Of a DNA stretch of 64,000 nucleotides, positions 26,738 to 36,819 are shown piece after piece. Position 1 is the stretch's first letter, and each line of letters begins with the position of its first letter. The notes under the pieces are model-generated. The model was not told the DNA's origin. It worked only from the letters and a program-made list of their open reading frames with translations, and searched no databases. This stretch comes from a virus (Duplodnaviria; Caudoviricetes), in IMG/VR virus record IMGVR_UViG_3300043395_004688, one strand, 5' to 3'. Made by a program: the position numbers and the translations under genes.

Positions 26738-28086
26738 AAATGACAGACAATGATTCTCCAGTACTAGGCGCCATTATACATCGTATCATGGTTGGCCGCA
26801 CAGATTTATTGGCCAAATATGGTCCACAATCAATTTTGTCAGCAGCCGAAGATGTTGCTGATTGGGTTGGTGATGTAGAGGAAATTGGCTCCAGCGATGT
26901 CAGCGGTTGGGTTAAACAAGTTGAGCGTATGCTTGAAGAAAATCCGCCGGAAGCATTTGGCGTCAAAGAAGATATCAATCCTGAGGATGTAGGCGAGTAT
27001 GATCGCGAAGGCGATATGGCCAAATCAGATCTGCGTTCTATTATGTTGAATGCTAGTCGCTTACATGACATGTTGGAAGATACAGATAATCTGCCAGAAT
27101 GGGTACAGTCTAAGATTACTGTAGCAGAAGACTATTTGTCAACCGTGGTCAACTATTTGTCTGCACAGGCAGCAGAACCCATGGCAGACATGCCCGAAGG
27201 TGCAGTAACAGAAGGCAAAACAGGCAATGCCGGCTATGACAGCATGTTGGCTGTGATGAAAGCTGTAGACGCTGGACAAGATGCAACCTTTGACATTGCA
27301 GGTGAACCCATTACATTAGAATACCCCGAAGCTCGTTTCCTAGCAGGCAAGTACAAGGCATTCTTAAAAGCTGGTCGTCAAGAAGAATTCCTCAAGTACA
27401 TGGAAAATCCTGTGACATTTGATCGCTTGATGAAACAGCTACGAGACCTTATTGACAAGCAGAAAAATTTCCGTGGTAGCGTACCTGGCGAACGCGGTGT
27501 AGAAGAAGCCCAAGGCAATCCAGCAACACATCCTGTGTTTGCAGAGTATGGTATCACTGACGCCGAAGTTAAAAAGGCTGAACAATTTAGAAGCGAAGAA
27601 GCAGGCACAGAACAAGATGTCATTAAAATTATTTCCGGTCTCCAAGGTGAAAATCCCAAGCTGATCATGTACCTTATGATGTACGGCAAAGAAGTCGCTG
27701 ACAAGGATCTAGAAACTGCAAAGCGCAGAGCTTGGGAACAAGACCAAAGCACCTATAAAGAAATAGAAATTGGACGCTTGCCAAATCGCATGTTCTTCTG
27801 GGGAGTTAAACCTGAGAAGTTTGGTATGCCCACAGTGGCCACAATGAGTACCAACGAAGCTGCTAAAAATCCCTATGCCATTGGCATGGCACAGGCAATG
27901 AAAAGCACAGGCGACGAGCCTCCACTAAAAAAATCTACTATTAAGAAAGCACACAAGATTGCTGACGCAATCAAGGCCAACGAATCACTGGCTGAAAACG
28001 AATACTGGTGCGGCATTGACAAAAAAGTTAAAGCAGTACCTGAGGGCTATAAGAAACTAGCCTCTGGATATATCACAAGGATTTAA
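26734..28086 (+). CDS. Modular hypothetical protein, putative head cargo
   Basis: VKE, VTE, VEE, TNE and LAE linkers; acidic modules such as EYDREGDMAKSDL...LPEWVQSKI. Confidence 0.6.
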   Translation: MKMTDNDSPVLGAIIHRIMVGRTDLLAKYGPQSILSAAEDVADWVGDVEEIGSSDVSGWVKQVERMLEENPPEAFGVKEDINPEDVGEYDREGDMAKSDLRSIMLNASRLHDMLEDTDNLPEWVQSKITVAEDYLSTVVNYLSAQAAEPMADMPEGAVTEGKTGNAGYDSMLAVMKAVDAGQDATFDIAGEPITLEYPEARFLAGKYKAFLKAGRQEEFLKYMENPVTFDRLMKQLRDLIDKQKNFRGSVPGERGVEEAQGNPATHPVFAEYGITDAEVKKAEQFRSEEAGTEQDVIKIISGLQGENPKLIMYLMMYGKEVADKDLETAKRRAWEQDQSTYKEIEIGRLPNRMFFWGVKPEKFGMPTVATMSTNEAAKNPYAIGMAQAMKSTGDEPPLKKSTIKKAHKIADAIKANESLAENEYWCGIDKKVKAVPEGYKKLASGYITRI

Positions 28087-28087
28087 C

Positions 28088-28741
28088 ATGATCAAATTAA
28101 CTCTTGAGCATTTACAGGCCTGTTTGCCCGATGCAAAAAAGGCAAACTTGGAAAAATTTGTCACTGGCTTCAATGAAACATTTGAGGACTTTGAAATCAA
28201 CACTCCTAAGAGAATGGCCATGTTCTTGGCTCAAACAGGACATGAAAGTGGCAACTTTGCAACCACTGAAGAAAACCTAAACTATAGTGCCAAGGGACTT
28301 TGTGGTATTTTTAAAAAGTATTTTCCTTCCATGGAGTCTGCTGCGGCATATGAGCGCAAGCCAGAAAAGATTGCCAACCGGGTCTATGGTGGACGCATGG
28401 GCAATGGTGCAGAATCATCAGGTGAGGGTTACAAGTATCGTGGCCGTGGCATTATTCAGCTGACAGGCAAAGACAACTATCGCAATTGCGGTAAAGCCTT
28501 GGGCATGGACTTGCTGGCTGATCCTGATTCTGTTGCTAAGAATCCTGTTGCAGTACTCAGCGCAGGCTGGTTCTGGAACACACGCAAACTAAATGACTGG
28601 GCTGACAAAGGCGATGTATTAACTGTAACCAAGAAAATCAATGGCGGTACAATTGGCCTAGAAGATAGAACCAAACACTATGAACACATTGTAGAAGTAC
28701 TAGAATCCATTTTTGAAGAAGAAGGTCACAAAGAAGAATAA
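28088..28741 (+). CDS. GH19 endolysin
   Basis: FLAQTGHESGNF..TEENLNYS, YRGRGIIQLTGKDNY, SAGWFW, TKKINGG. Confidence 0.92.
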   Translation: MIKLTLEHLQACLPDAKKANLEKFVTGFNETFEDFEINTPKRMAMFLAQTGHESGNFATTEENLNYSAKGLCGIFKKYFPSMESAAAYERKPEKIANRVYGGRMGNGAESSGEGYKYRGRGIIQLTGKDNYRNCGKALGMDLLADPDSVAKNPVAVLSAGWFWNTRKLNDWADKGDVLTVTKKINGGTIGLEDRTKHYEHIVEVLESIFEEEGHKEE

Positions 28742-28767
28742 TTCTGGCTTAAATAACTTCAACACGG

Positions 28768-28815
28768 CCCTAACCTCTGCGGACTGATCATCCTGGCACG
28801 TTAGGGTTTTTCTTT
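28768..28815 (+). terminator. Intrinsic terminator-like hairpin with a large internally paired loop
   Basis: CCCTAAC...GTTAGGG followed by TTTTTCTTT after the endolysin. Confidence 0.6.
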
Positions 28816-28818
28816 GAC

Positions 28819-28826
28819 TATAAGTA
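28819..28826 (+). promoter_or_regulatory. Late-like promoter variant
   Basis: TATAAGTA 4 nt before the ATG at 28831. Confidence 0.5.
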
Positions 28827-28830
28827 TCGC

Positions 28831-30117
28831 ATGATTACTTTTTATGCTGATGTTGTTGCTGACAATCTAGCAGATCCGCATATTACCAACAGATATCTTT
28901 GTCAGAATATCAACACATCTGAGGACCGTGAACAGGATTTCACTGGCCATGCTCAGTTGGATTTTTCTGTTTTTAAATATATCAAGCAGCCTGTAGAGTT
29001 TTTGACCTTTGACAAATATCAATCTGGCCAAAATGTTGTGGCCATTGGCCTACACGGCGGATGGAACACAGAAAAATTAGCCAAGATCAAGTCTTGGTTT
29101 ATGTCAGACAGTCAACGACAACTAGCATGGAAGGATCCTAATTGTTTGATATTGCTGGACTACAGTGAAGAAGGATTTACCACAGAAGTATTTGATGATC
29201 TGTGGCTGTGGATACAGGAAAACGATCTAGTAGATCGTGTGCTTTATGTTTCCAGCAGCTACAATGTAACTGGTCAGTATAGAGAATGGTGTAGACAACT
29301 TCGGCTAGGCGAAAACATGCGTACTGCATGGTATGGATTTTTCCCCAACTGGTTACTGCGAGATCACGGTGCATTAACTGTAACTGCTGGTCAAGCTGCT
29401 TGGAACAATACCAAACGCTTTATGTGCTTAAATCGCAGGCCACATCCGCATCGTATACTGTTGACCACATTGTTGGAATATTTTAAAATACTTGATCAGG
29501 GTGCAGTTAGCTTGCCCAAACACTTTGACGAAAAAGAAATAACTTGGAAACCACAAGACTGGGATATTGTTTATCAATGGAATCAGTTGCAGTACAGAGC
29601 CAATGGTCACATGGAATATCTACAGCCCAGTTTTGAACAACTGTATCGTCAACTGCCACTGATTGCCGACACAGATGTATTTTCCACAAATTATGCACTG
29701 GACTTAAACAAAGACTTTTATCAAGATTATCCAATTAATGTAGTCAGCGAAACCTTATTTTTCACCGACTCTACATTTGCCAGCGAAAAGATCTGGAAGC
29801 CCATGCTGATGCAACAGATATTTTTTATTATGGCAGCGCCTGGTTATCTCCAGGACATGCGCGACATGGGCTTTGCAACCTTTGATCCTTACATAGACGA
29901 GTCCTATGATTTGGTATTGAATCCGTTAGAACGAGCCTGCGAAATGGTTGCCAGTTTGAAATCTGTGGTTACACTCAGTGATTTAAAGTTCCAACGATTA
30001 TTGTATCAGTGCCAAGAGCGAGTCGAGCATAACAAAAATTTACTATGCGATAAAACAAAGCTTGAACGCCTGATCAACAGCCAGGTGGCTGCGGCCATTG
30101 AGCAATCCTGGTACTGA
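28831..30117 (+). CDS. Glycosyltransferase-like protein (paralogue 1)
   Basis: FMCLNRRPHPHR...NVVSETLF...FASEKIWKP...GFATFDPYIDESYD. Confidence 0.55.
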   Translation: MITFYADVVADNLADPHITNRYLCQNINTSEDREQDFTGHAQLDFSVFKYIKQPVEFLTFDKYQSGQNVVAIGLHGGWNTEKLAKIKSWFMSDSQRQLAWKDPNCLILLDYSEEGFTTEVFDDLWLWIQENDLVDRVLYVSSSYNVTGQYREWCRQLRLGENMRTAWYGFFPNWLLRDHGALTVTAGQAAWNNTKRFMCLNRRPHPHRILLTTLLEYFKILDQGAVSLPKHFDEKEITWKPQDWDIVYQWNQLQYRANGHMEYLQPSFEQLYRQLPLIADTDVFSTNYALDLNKDFYQDYPINVVSETLFFTDSTFASEKIWKPMLMQQIFFIMAAPGYLQDMRDMGFATFDPYIDESYDLVLNPLERACEMVASLKSVVTLSDLKFQRLLYQCQERVEHNKNLLCDKTKLERLINSQVAAAIEQSWY

Positions 30118-30124
30118 TATACAA

Positions 30125-30132
30125 CATAAATA
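30125..30132 (+). promoter_or_regulatory. T4-late-like promoter motif
   Basis: CATAAATA upstream of the radical SAM gene. Confidence 0.45.
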
Positions 30133-30161
30133 CCCTAGCCATTAAAAACGGATATAATTTA

Positions 30162-31667
30162 ATGAACCCAAACCACCATCTTATTAAGATACACAAGGAA
30201 CTAAGCCAAGTAAGCCCAACTTACTGCGTGGCCAAATGGCAGCAGGTAACCATTCACCTGGCCACTGGGCAAACACACAGTTGCCACCACCCTGGCACAC
30301 ACAAGATTCCTGTAGCAGAATTAGAAAATAATCCCAGCGCCTTGCACAATACCAATTTTAAAAAGGGACTACGCAAGGAAATGCTGGAAGGCAAGCGACC
30401 CAAAGAATGTGACTATTGCTGGCGTGTAGAGGATGCACCCGGACAGCACTTCAGCGATAGAATCAAGAAGTCAGCAGATCCAGTGTGGGGCAAGCCATTT
30501 TTAGAATCCAGTGCTCAGATGCCTTGGGACGCAGATGTTATTCCTGCTTATGTTGAAGTCAGCTTCAGCAATGTGTGTAATTTTGGCTGTGCATATTGCA
30601 GTCCCGAAATCAGCAGTACCTTGATGCAGGAAACCAAACGACACGGTCCTATTCCGCTGAGTCAAGGTCATCAAGAACATGATTTGACATTTCTCAAAAG
30701 CATTGGCAAATTTCCTATTCCACACAAAGATCCCAATCCTTATATTGATGCATGGTGGCGTTGGTGGCCAGAACTGTACCCCAAGCTAAAGGTGTTTCGC
30801 ATCACTGGCGGCGAACCTTTGCTCAGCAAAGAAACATTCCGTACACTAGATTGGATCATTGAACATCCCAATCCTGAACTTGAAATAGCCATCAACAGTA
30901 ACCTAGGTGTCGACGACAAGCTACTAGAAGAATTTTTACAAAAATGTAATCACATTGTGGAAAACAAACTGGTCAAAAAGTTAAAGATTTTTACCAGCTG
31001 TGACACACATGGTGAGCAAGCAGAATACATTCGCAAGGGATTAAACTACACCCGCTGGTACAATAATCTCTGGAACATCATGCTAAAGTACCCAGCACTG
31101 GAAGTCACAATCATGGTGACTTTTAATATCTTGAGTATTCCTAGGTTTGAATATTTCTTACGAGATATCTTGGCCATTAGACAATCTGCTGTGGTTAAAA
31201 ATACTGAAAGTGGTCTTCGTGGCGTGATGCTAGACTTTCCTTATCTACGACATCCACGATACCTCAGCGCATTGATTGCTGACACCAGTATGTTGGTTAA
31301 GCTGGCCAGATGTGTTGACTTCATGAAAAGAAATATATCAACCTACAATGAAGTCACATATCACAATGGTTTCTACCCGCACGAAGTTGAAAATCTTGAA
31401 CGAGTTTATAATGTTGCTGTTGCCGAATGGCCAATGAGCGATGAGAATCTCAGAGCTCGCGATGATTTCTATCTCTATATCAAAGAAACAGATCGTCGCA
31501 ATGGCACAGATTTCTGCAAGGTATTTCCTGAAATTGCCTACTACTATGAGAACGCTGGCAAGTATTACGAGGAGGCTAGAGCTAAACAATTGGCAGAAGC
31601 AGCAGCCAGCATTGTTGTCAGCGAAGAACCAGCGGCAGAATCTGAATCAGTGGCAGATGTCGATTAA
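30162..31667 (+). CDS. Radical SAM enzyme with auxiliary Cys (SPASM/twitch-like) region
   Basis: CNFGCAYC (CxxxCxxC), ITGGEPLL; N-terminal C...SCHH...CDYCW. Confidence 0.88.
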   Translation: MNPNHHLIKIHKELSQVSPTYCVAKWQQVTIHLATGQTHSCHHPGTHKIPVAELENNPSALHNTNFKKGLRKEMLEGKRPKECDYCWRVEDAPGQHFSDRIKKSADPVWGKPFLESSAQMPWDADVIPAYVEVSFSNVCNFGCAYCSPEISSTLMQETKRHGPIPLSQGHQEHDLTFLKSIGKFPIPHKDPNPYIDAWWRWWPELYPKLKVFRITGGEPLLSKETFRTLDWIIEHPNPELEIAINSNLGVDDKLLEEFLQKCNHIVENKLVKKLKIFTSCDTHGEQAEYIRKGLNYTRWYNNLWNIMLKYPALEVTIMVTFNILSIPRFEYFLRDILAIRQSAVVKNTESGLRGVMLDFPYLRHPRYLSALIADTSMLVKLARCVDFMKRNISTYNEVTYHNGFYPHEVENLERVYNVAVAEWPMSDENLRARDDFYLYIKETDRRNGTDFCKVFPEIAYYYENAGKYYEEARAKQLAEAAASIVVSEEPAAESESVADVD

Positions 31668-32874
31668 ATTTGTATTTCAGCATTGGGACAGCGAGCTAAA
31701 TTATTGGTTACCCAATACTGTTCCATTAGATTATCCAGATAAGAGTAACTTGCCCACGCACGGCAAACAAAGAATAGATCAGGATTTTTTAATGTCACAT
31801 CCAGACATAGAATGTCACGGACTAGAGCACAATCTAGGTAAAAAATATATTTTTCCAGTACAAATTCGAAACAGTCATTATTTTGAAAGACATGAGCATA
31901 TGGGATTTAACTGCATTGACCCCAGAGTAATCCATGATGCCCATAATAATCTGTGTAAAATAGTTTTGATATTTCCACTGGAAGGTGACAGCGGCTATGG
32001 CAGATTTAGTCGCGATTATGAAATACTTGACTCTTGGTGTAAGCAGCATCAGTTAAATTCGCAACAGGTTTATTTTATACACGGTAATCAAAATGTTGCT
32101 GATACTCAGCAATATCAATTTACCAAAGTCCCAGCCAGTATGTTTATATGTTGGAATGACCCTGTTAACAGTCTTGTGCCTTTTGAACCTGTTGACTTAA
32201 AAAATCTTTTTTTAAATTACAATAGACGAGCAAAAGAACACCGCGCACTGGTGCTGGCGCACATAATCAATGAACAGTTGTTTGACAGAGGACTAATCAG
32301 CTATCACGGCGACGGTGTTAAAAACACCCATGAAGTTTTGCGTAGTGTTTGGCACACCAATTTAACTCAAGCTGCTGATACTATAGATTCACTGATACCC
32401 TTAGAGCTTGACATGGATTTAGGAGCAAACAATCCAGCTTATAAAAACATTGTGCCAGAACACTATACCAATACATTTTTGAGTCTGGTTGCTGAAACTC
32501 ATGTTACAGAAGGTGTGCAGTTCTTTTCTGAAAAAATATGGAAACCTATCAGCGTAGGACATCCTTTTATGCTGGTTGCAAGTTCAGGCATGCTAGAACT
32601 GTTAAAATCACAAGGATATAAGACCTTTGACCAATGGTGGAATGAGGATTATGATAAAGAGACTGATCTAGATCAGCGAATAAGGATGATCCTAAGTGAA
32701 CTAAAACGGTTAAGTATGTTGTCGTTGGATGAGCTAAAGAGCATGAGAATACAAATGCAGCCAATATTGGCTTTCAACCAAAAGCTATTCAACAAACAAT
32801 GGAAAGAGTTGTGTTATCCTAGAAACGACGAGGTCGTTTTTAAAATTATTAAAGATATTTGGGATTCATTTTAA
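31657..32874 (+). CDS. Glycosyltransferase-like protein (paralogue 2)
   Basis: Likely start MSIKFVF at 31657; FLNYNRRAKEHR...SLVAET...FSEKIWKP...GYKTFDQWWNEDYD. Confidence 0.55.
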   Translation: MSIKFVFQHWDSELNYWLPNTVPLDYPDKSNLPTHGKQRIDQDFLMSHPDIECHGLEHNLGKKYIFPVQIRNSHYFERHEHMGFNCIDPRVIHDAHNNLCKIVLIFPLEGDSGYGRFSRDYEILDSWCKQHQLNSQQVYFIHGNQNVADTQQYQFTKVPASMFICWNDPVNSLVPFEPVDLKNLFLNYNRRAKEHRALVLAHIINEQLFDRGLISYHGDGVKNTHEVLRSVWHTNLTQAADTIDSLIPLELDMDLGANNPAYKNIVPEHYTNTFLSLVAETHVTEGVQFFSEKIWKPISVGHPFMLVASSGMLELLKSQGYKTFDQWWNEDYDKETDLDQRIRMILSELKRLSMLSLDELKSMRIQMQPILAFNQKLFNKQWKELCYPRNDEVVFKIIKDIWDSF

Positions 32875-35235
32875 ATGCAAGTAAAACCTAAAGTAGCTAT
32901 GATTGGGTGCGGTAAACTGGGCTTGCCCTGTGCCGAAGTCATGGCAGAACACTATGATGTTGTTGGCTACGACACAGTCAAAGACCCCGAAGCCAAGATA
33001 CCCTTGATGGACAGTATTGCTGAAGCAGTTGCTGGTCGCGATATTATTTTTGTAGCAGTACCAACACCGCATCACCCTGCATTTGGTGGCGACGCTCCAA
33101 TAGCACATTTACCTCCAACCAATTTTGACTACGGCATTGTAATCAGTGTGTTAGGGGAATTGAATCAAGTGGTCACTGACGATCAAATGATTGTGTTGAT
33201 CAGTACTGTGTTACCTGGAACTACGAGAACACAACTTTTACCATATCTAACACGCGGTAGATTTGTATACAATCCTTATCTTATTGCCATGGGTAGTGTT
33301 AAATGGGACATGGTCAATCCTGAATGCATTATTATTGGCACCGCCGACGGAACTTTAACGGGCGATGCACAAGAACTCATTGACTTTTATCAGCCATTGA
33401 TGGAAAACAGTCCTAGAGTAAATGTAGGAACCTGGGACGAAGCCGAAGCCATTAAGATTTTCTACAATACTTTTATCAGTGCCAAGATTGGCTTGGTTAA
33501 CATGATACAGGATGTGGCTGAGAAGAATGGCAATATCAATGTTGATGTTGTCACTGACGCACTTAAAGCTGCCACACAGCGTATCACTGGACCGCGTTAC
33601 TTGACCGCTGGCATGGGCGATGCTGGTGCTTGCCATCCCCGAGATAACATTGCTCTACGCTGGCTTTCGCAAGAACTTGATCTTGGCTACGACTTGTTTC
33701 AGGCTATCATGGGCAGTAGAGATGCACAGGCCTTTAACATGGCTCGGCGTCTAGCAGACCTTGCCCGAGAGAGCAATTTACCAGTGATCATTCACGGTAA
33801 AGCCTATAAACCCTATGTGCCCTATGAAATTGGCAGTTACAGCTTACTGGTAGGACACTATGTTGAACACACAGGAGTTCCAATCAGCTATTTTGATCCG
33901 CTTACTGGAGACACAACAGAACCCACTGGCCCAGCAGTGATTCTACTGGCTCATAATCCTGCTGTGACTTATGCTGGAACTGGAGTTGAAGTCACCGGAG
34001 ATGAATTCTATTTCAAATTTCATCCAGGCAGCGTCATTGTTGATCCATGGCGTAGTGTAAGCTCTGTACCTGGCTGTCGTGTGATACACTATGGCAATCC
34101 CAAATTTAACAAGCCTCGAATCAATGGCGCATTACTGTCGCCTGTGCATTGTGGTAGTATTTTTAGAAGAATCAATGATACTTTTAGATTTGAACTAGAT
34201 GAGACCAAACCGGCCATTTACATTGCACAAGTAAAGGTCAATGAGGTTAATTTTGCTGAGCAAGCAAAGCCAATGATTGAGCGCATCAAATCTCAAATAT
34301 CACTGAAGCCTGAAGATCGCATAATCTTTATTACTCAGCACGAAGGTATCATTGCACACGGCATCATGTTCCGTAATCAGCTTCGTGAGTTTTGGCCTGA
34401 AGTCACTGATGACCAGTACATTTATGCCAATGAGCTGTTGTCTTTTGAACAAGCACTGAAATCTAATAATATAGTTGATCCATATAAGAATCATCTGAGC
34501 TTTATGAGCATCAACGAGTGGATAGATCCCAGAGTAATAAATGTTGAGCATGACTACACCAAAAAAGACAAATGGTTTTTAAACTACAACAGAGTGCTGA
34601 GAAGCCACAGATGTCAACTGGTGTCAGAACTACGCAGACGAGAGTTAGATCAGCACGGCTTAGTAAGCTTTGTCCCCGAAGGCGAGTTCTACAATGGATT
34701 TAAGCTCAGCCCGGCTGATGTCTTGGCTAAAGATCCTAATCTCGATGAAGTAGCCCAGGGATACTTTTTAGAATATCTTGACAAGCCACTGGTCATTGAC
34801 GAATACGATGTTACTACTAACGGGCCTGTGGTCAGTGACCACTATCAAAGAACCATTCTAAGTGTTATCACTGAGACCACATGGAATCAAGGTGAAATCT
34901 TTATTTCAGAAAAAACATTCAAGGCCATTGCACACGGTCATCCATTTATTATTGTAGGCCCTGCTGGGTTCTTGAAAAAACTAAGAGAGCTTGGCTTTAG
35001 AACGTTTGGTGGAGTACTCAATGAGCACTACGACGAGATTGAAAATCACAGAGATAGATTGAATTCTATCGTTTCTGAAATTCAGAGGTTGTGTAATCTA
35101 GATCCAATTACTCGTGGGCTAACTTACGGGCAGTTGAGTTCTATTGCTTTTGAAAACAAGCGCATCTACGAAGAACTAAAAGATACACACTTGCAAGGAA
35201 CCTTGTTTAAGTTTCTCAATGACGCTGCATCATAG
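32875..35235 (+). CDS. ugd: UDP-glucose 6-dehydrogenase fused to glycosyltransferase-like domain (paralogue 3)
   Basis: GCGKLG, FVAVPTP, STVLPGT, KIFYNTF, GACHPRD; C-terminal FLNYNRVLRSHR...SVITET...ISEKTFK..GFRTF. Confidence 0.8.
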   Translation: MQVKPKVAMIGCGKLGLPCAEVMAEHYDVVGYDTVKDPEAKIPLMDSIAEAVAGRDIIFVAVPTPHHPAFGGDAPIAHLPPTNFDYGIVISVLGELNQVVTDDQMIVLISTVLPGTTRTQLLPYLTRGRFVYNPYLIAMGSVKWDMVNPECIIIGTADGTLTGDAQELIDFYQPLMENSPRVNVGTWDEAEAIKIFYNTFISAKIGLVNMIQDVAEKNGNINVDVVTDALKAATQRITGPRYLTAGMGDAGACHPRDNIALRWLSQELDLGYDLFQAIMGSRDAQAFNMARRLADLARESNLPVIIHGKAYKPYVPYEIGSYSLLVGHYVEHTGVPISYFDPLTGDTTEPTGPAVILLAHNPAVTYAGTGVEVTGDEFYFKFHPGSVIVDPWRSVSSVPGCRVIHYGNPKFNKPRINGALLSPVHCGSIFRRINDTFRFELDETKPAIYIAQVKVNEVNFAEQAKPMIERIKSQISLKPEDRIIFITQHEGIIAHGIMFRNQLREFWPEVTDDQYIYANELLSFEQALKSNNIVDPYKNHLSFMSINEWIDPRVINVEHDYTKKDKWFLNYNRVLRSHRCQLVSELRRRELDQHGLVSFVPEGEFYNGFKLSPADVLAKDPNLDEVAQGYFLEYLDKPLVIDEYDVTTNGPVVSDHYQRTILSVITETTWNQGEIFISEKTFKAIAHGHPFIIVGPAGFLKKLRELGFRTFGGVLNEHYDEIENHRDRLNSIVSEIQRLCNLDPITRGLTYGQLSSIAFENKRIYEELKDTHLQGTLFKFLNDAAS

Positions 35236-36174
35236 ATCTTTGACCAGGCCTTGAATAATATCATTTGCTGGTAGAATTTCTTTTATTTGGTCTATTGACT
35301 TGCCAGCAAACACATGGCCTCGGCTTGGATCTTTGATTCCTACTATGAGTCCGCGTGTATTGTTCATATTTCTTTCTTTGACATCTGAGCTGAAAACCAG
35401 TGCATTTTGTTTGGTTTCCGTATAAGTGCCAGTGGAAAGTTTAGAAAGGTCTGCGGATGTTGCGCCAATCATTTTTAACTTGGTAGCTTCAGAAATTTTA
35501 CTTTCTTTACTAGCAGCCAGCAATGTTCCTATGCCAATGGCAAATGCTCCTTGAGACATGTATTCTTTCACTTGTTGACTGGTTCCAATACCGCCGGACG
35601 GAATCAATAGTTTGTCTGGAAACTTAGTTCTAAGTATGTTGCATGATTCTTCTAGAGTTAACCCTTCTACAGAACCCCGACCAGCACCATCTGGCCCTTT
35701 AACAATAAATCCATCTAAGTTTTTAGACCATACACCAGGTTCTAAGTGTGCGACCTTGTCTACAATTTTACGAAATATCAATGAGCCGTTGTCTTTAATA
35801 GACCAAATAATTTTAGGAAGCCTTTCAACTACATCATCAGGTAAAACTGTGTCATCCTTGATAATTTCAATGAGCTTGACACGATACTTTAATATCATTT
35901 CTAAAATTAAAGGATCAGTCAAAGACGACAGATTAAGACTCAGCAAGAGCTCACAGTCATTGAATTCGTTGTGATACCCTGCAAGATCCTTTTCTAAATT
36001 TTCATGTATTAAAACTATCTGATCACCAACAACATTCAAATAATTAAAAACAGACAAGCTGGGCAATGCACCAGCTCTACGCACAGCACTGGCCAGTGGC
36101 AAATCAGATACTTGATTCATTGCCATGGCAACGATAGGATAACGGCAGTTAAAAACTTCAGTAAATAGCTTCAT
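35230..36174 (-). CDS. Nitronate monooxygenase/FabK-like flavin TIM-barrel protein
   Basis: YPIVAMAM, GPDGAG, IPSGGIG, GAFAIGIGTLLAASKES. Confidence 0.75.
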   Translation of the reverse strand: MKLFTEVFNCRYPIVAMAMNQVSDLPLASAVRRAGALPSLSVFNYLNVVGDQIVLIHENLEKDLAGYHNEFNDCELLLSLNLSSLTDPLILEMILKYRVKLIEIIKDDTVLPDDVVERLPKIIWSIKDNGSLIFRKIVDKVAHLEPGVWSKNLDGFIVKGPDGAGRGSVEGLTLEESCNILRTKFPDKLLIPSGGIGTSQQVKEYMSQGAFAIGIGTLLAASKESKISEATKLKMIGATSADLSKLSTGTYTETKQNALVFSSDVKERNMNNTRGLIVGIKDPSRGHVFAGKSIDQIKEILPANDIIQGLVKDL

Positions 36175-36179
36175 ACTAA

Positions 36180-36187
36180 TACTTATC
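36180..36187 (-). promoter_or_regulatory. Late-like promoter variant
   Basis: GATAAGTA on the minus strand 5 nt before the ATG at 36174. Confidence 0.45.
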
Positions 36188-36210
36188 GTAATAATTTGGA
36201 GAAATTTACC

Positions 36211-36819
36211 ATGTCGATGAAGTTTGCAGAAACTCTGAAGTTTATCAAAGATATCAACATTGAAGGCGATCTCTTAGAAATTGGCTCTGACCGTGGAGAT
36301 GGAAGTACCTATATTTTTGCCACGCTAGCCAAAAATCTTGGGCGCCAGCTGTTTTCGGTAGATGTAGATTCTGATGTCATTGAAAAAAACCGAGAAGAAT
36401 TTAAACAATTACCCTTTGACTTACCTGTTGATTTTTTTAATCAAACCGGTGAACAGTTTTTAGAAGACCATAACAATCTTCGCTTTAGCATAGTGCTACT
36501 TGATAATTTTGATTGGGACTGGAACCCACATAACAGCGAATCTCATGTTCTAGAACAACAAAAAAAATATCGAGAACGGTTTGGCTTAGAAATGAATAAT
36601 CATCAAAGTCAATTTACCCATTTACGACAAGCACTGATGCTTACTCATATGCTAACGGATGAAGCAATAGTAATATGCGATGACACATATTGGGCACATG
36701 AATACGGAACATACACTGGCAAGTGTGGTGCTGTTATACCTTACCTAGAAACCTTAGGATTTAATGTAGTATTAAACAAAGATCATGGCATTGTTATGCT
36801 AAGAAAGAATAATCAATGA
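36211..36819 (+). CDS. Class I SAM-dependent methyltransferase
   Basis: LLEIGSDRGDGST, FSVD, VLLD, VICDD; SD GGAG favours the ATG at 36211. Confidence 0.7.
   Translation: MSMKFAETLKFIKDINIEGDLLEIGSDRGDGSTYIFATLAKNLGRQLFSVDVDSDVIEKNREEFKQLPFDLPVDFFNQTGEQFLEDHNNLRFSIVLLDNFDWDWNPHNSESHVLEQQKKYRERFGLEMNNHQSQFTHLRQALMLTHMLTDEAIVICDDTYWAHEYGTYTGKCGAVIPYLETLGFNVVLNKDHGIVMLRKNNQ

Noticed and set aside
28088-28741. Chitinase as an auxiliary metabolic gene
   Set aside because: GH19 proteins in phages are ordinary endolysins
28781-28800. Hammerhead ribozyme suggested by CTGATCA
   Set aside because: The core should be CUGAUGA with a downstream GAAA and a three-way junction; these are absent
31441-31656. 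72-aa N-terminal extension of the GT-like paralogue shown in the ORF track
   Set aside because: It overlaps the radical SAM gene by over 200 nt; the ATG at 31657 gives a normal short overlap
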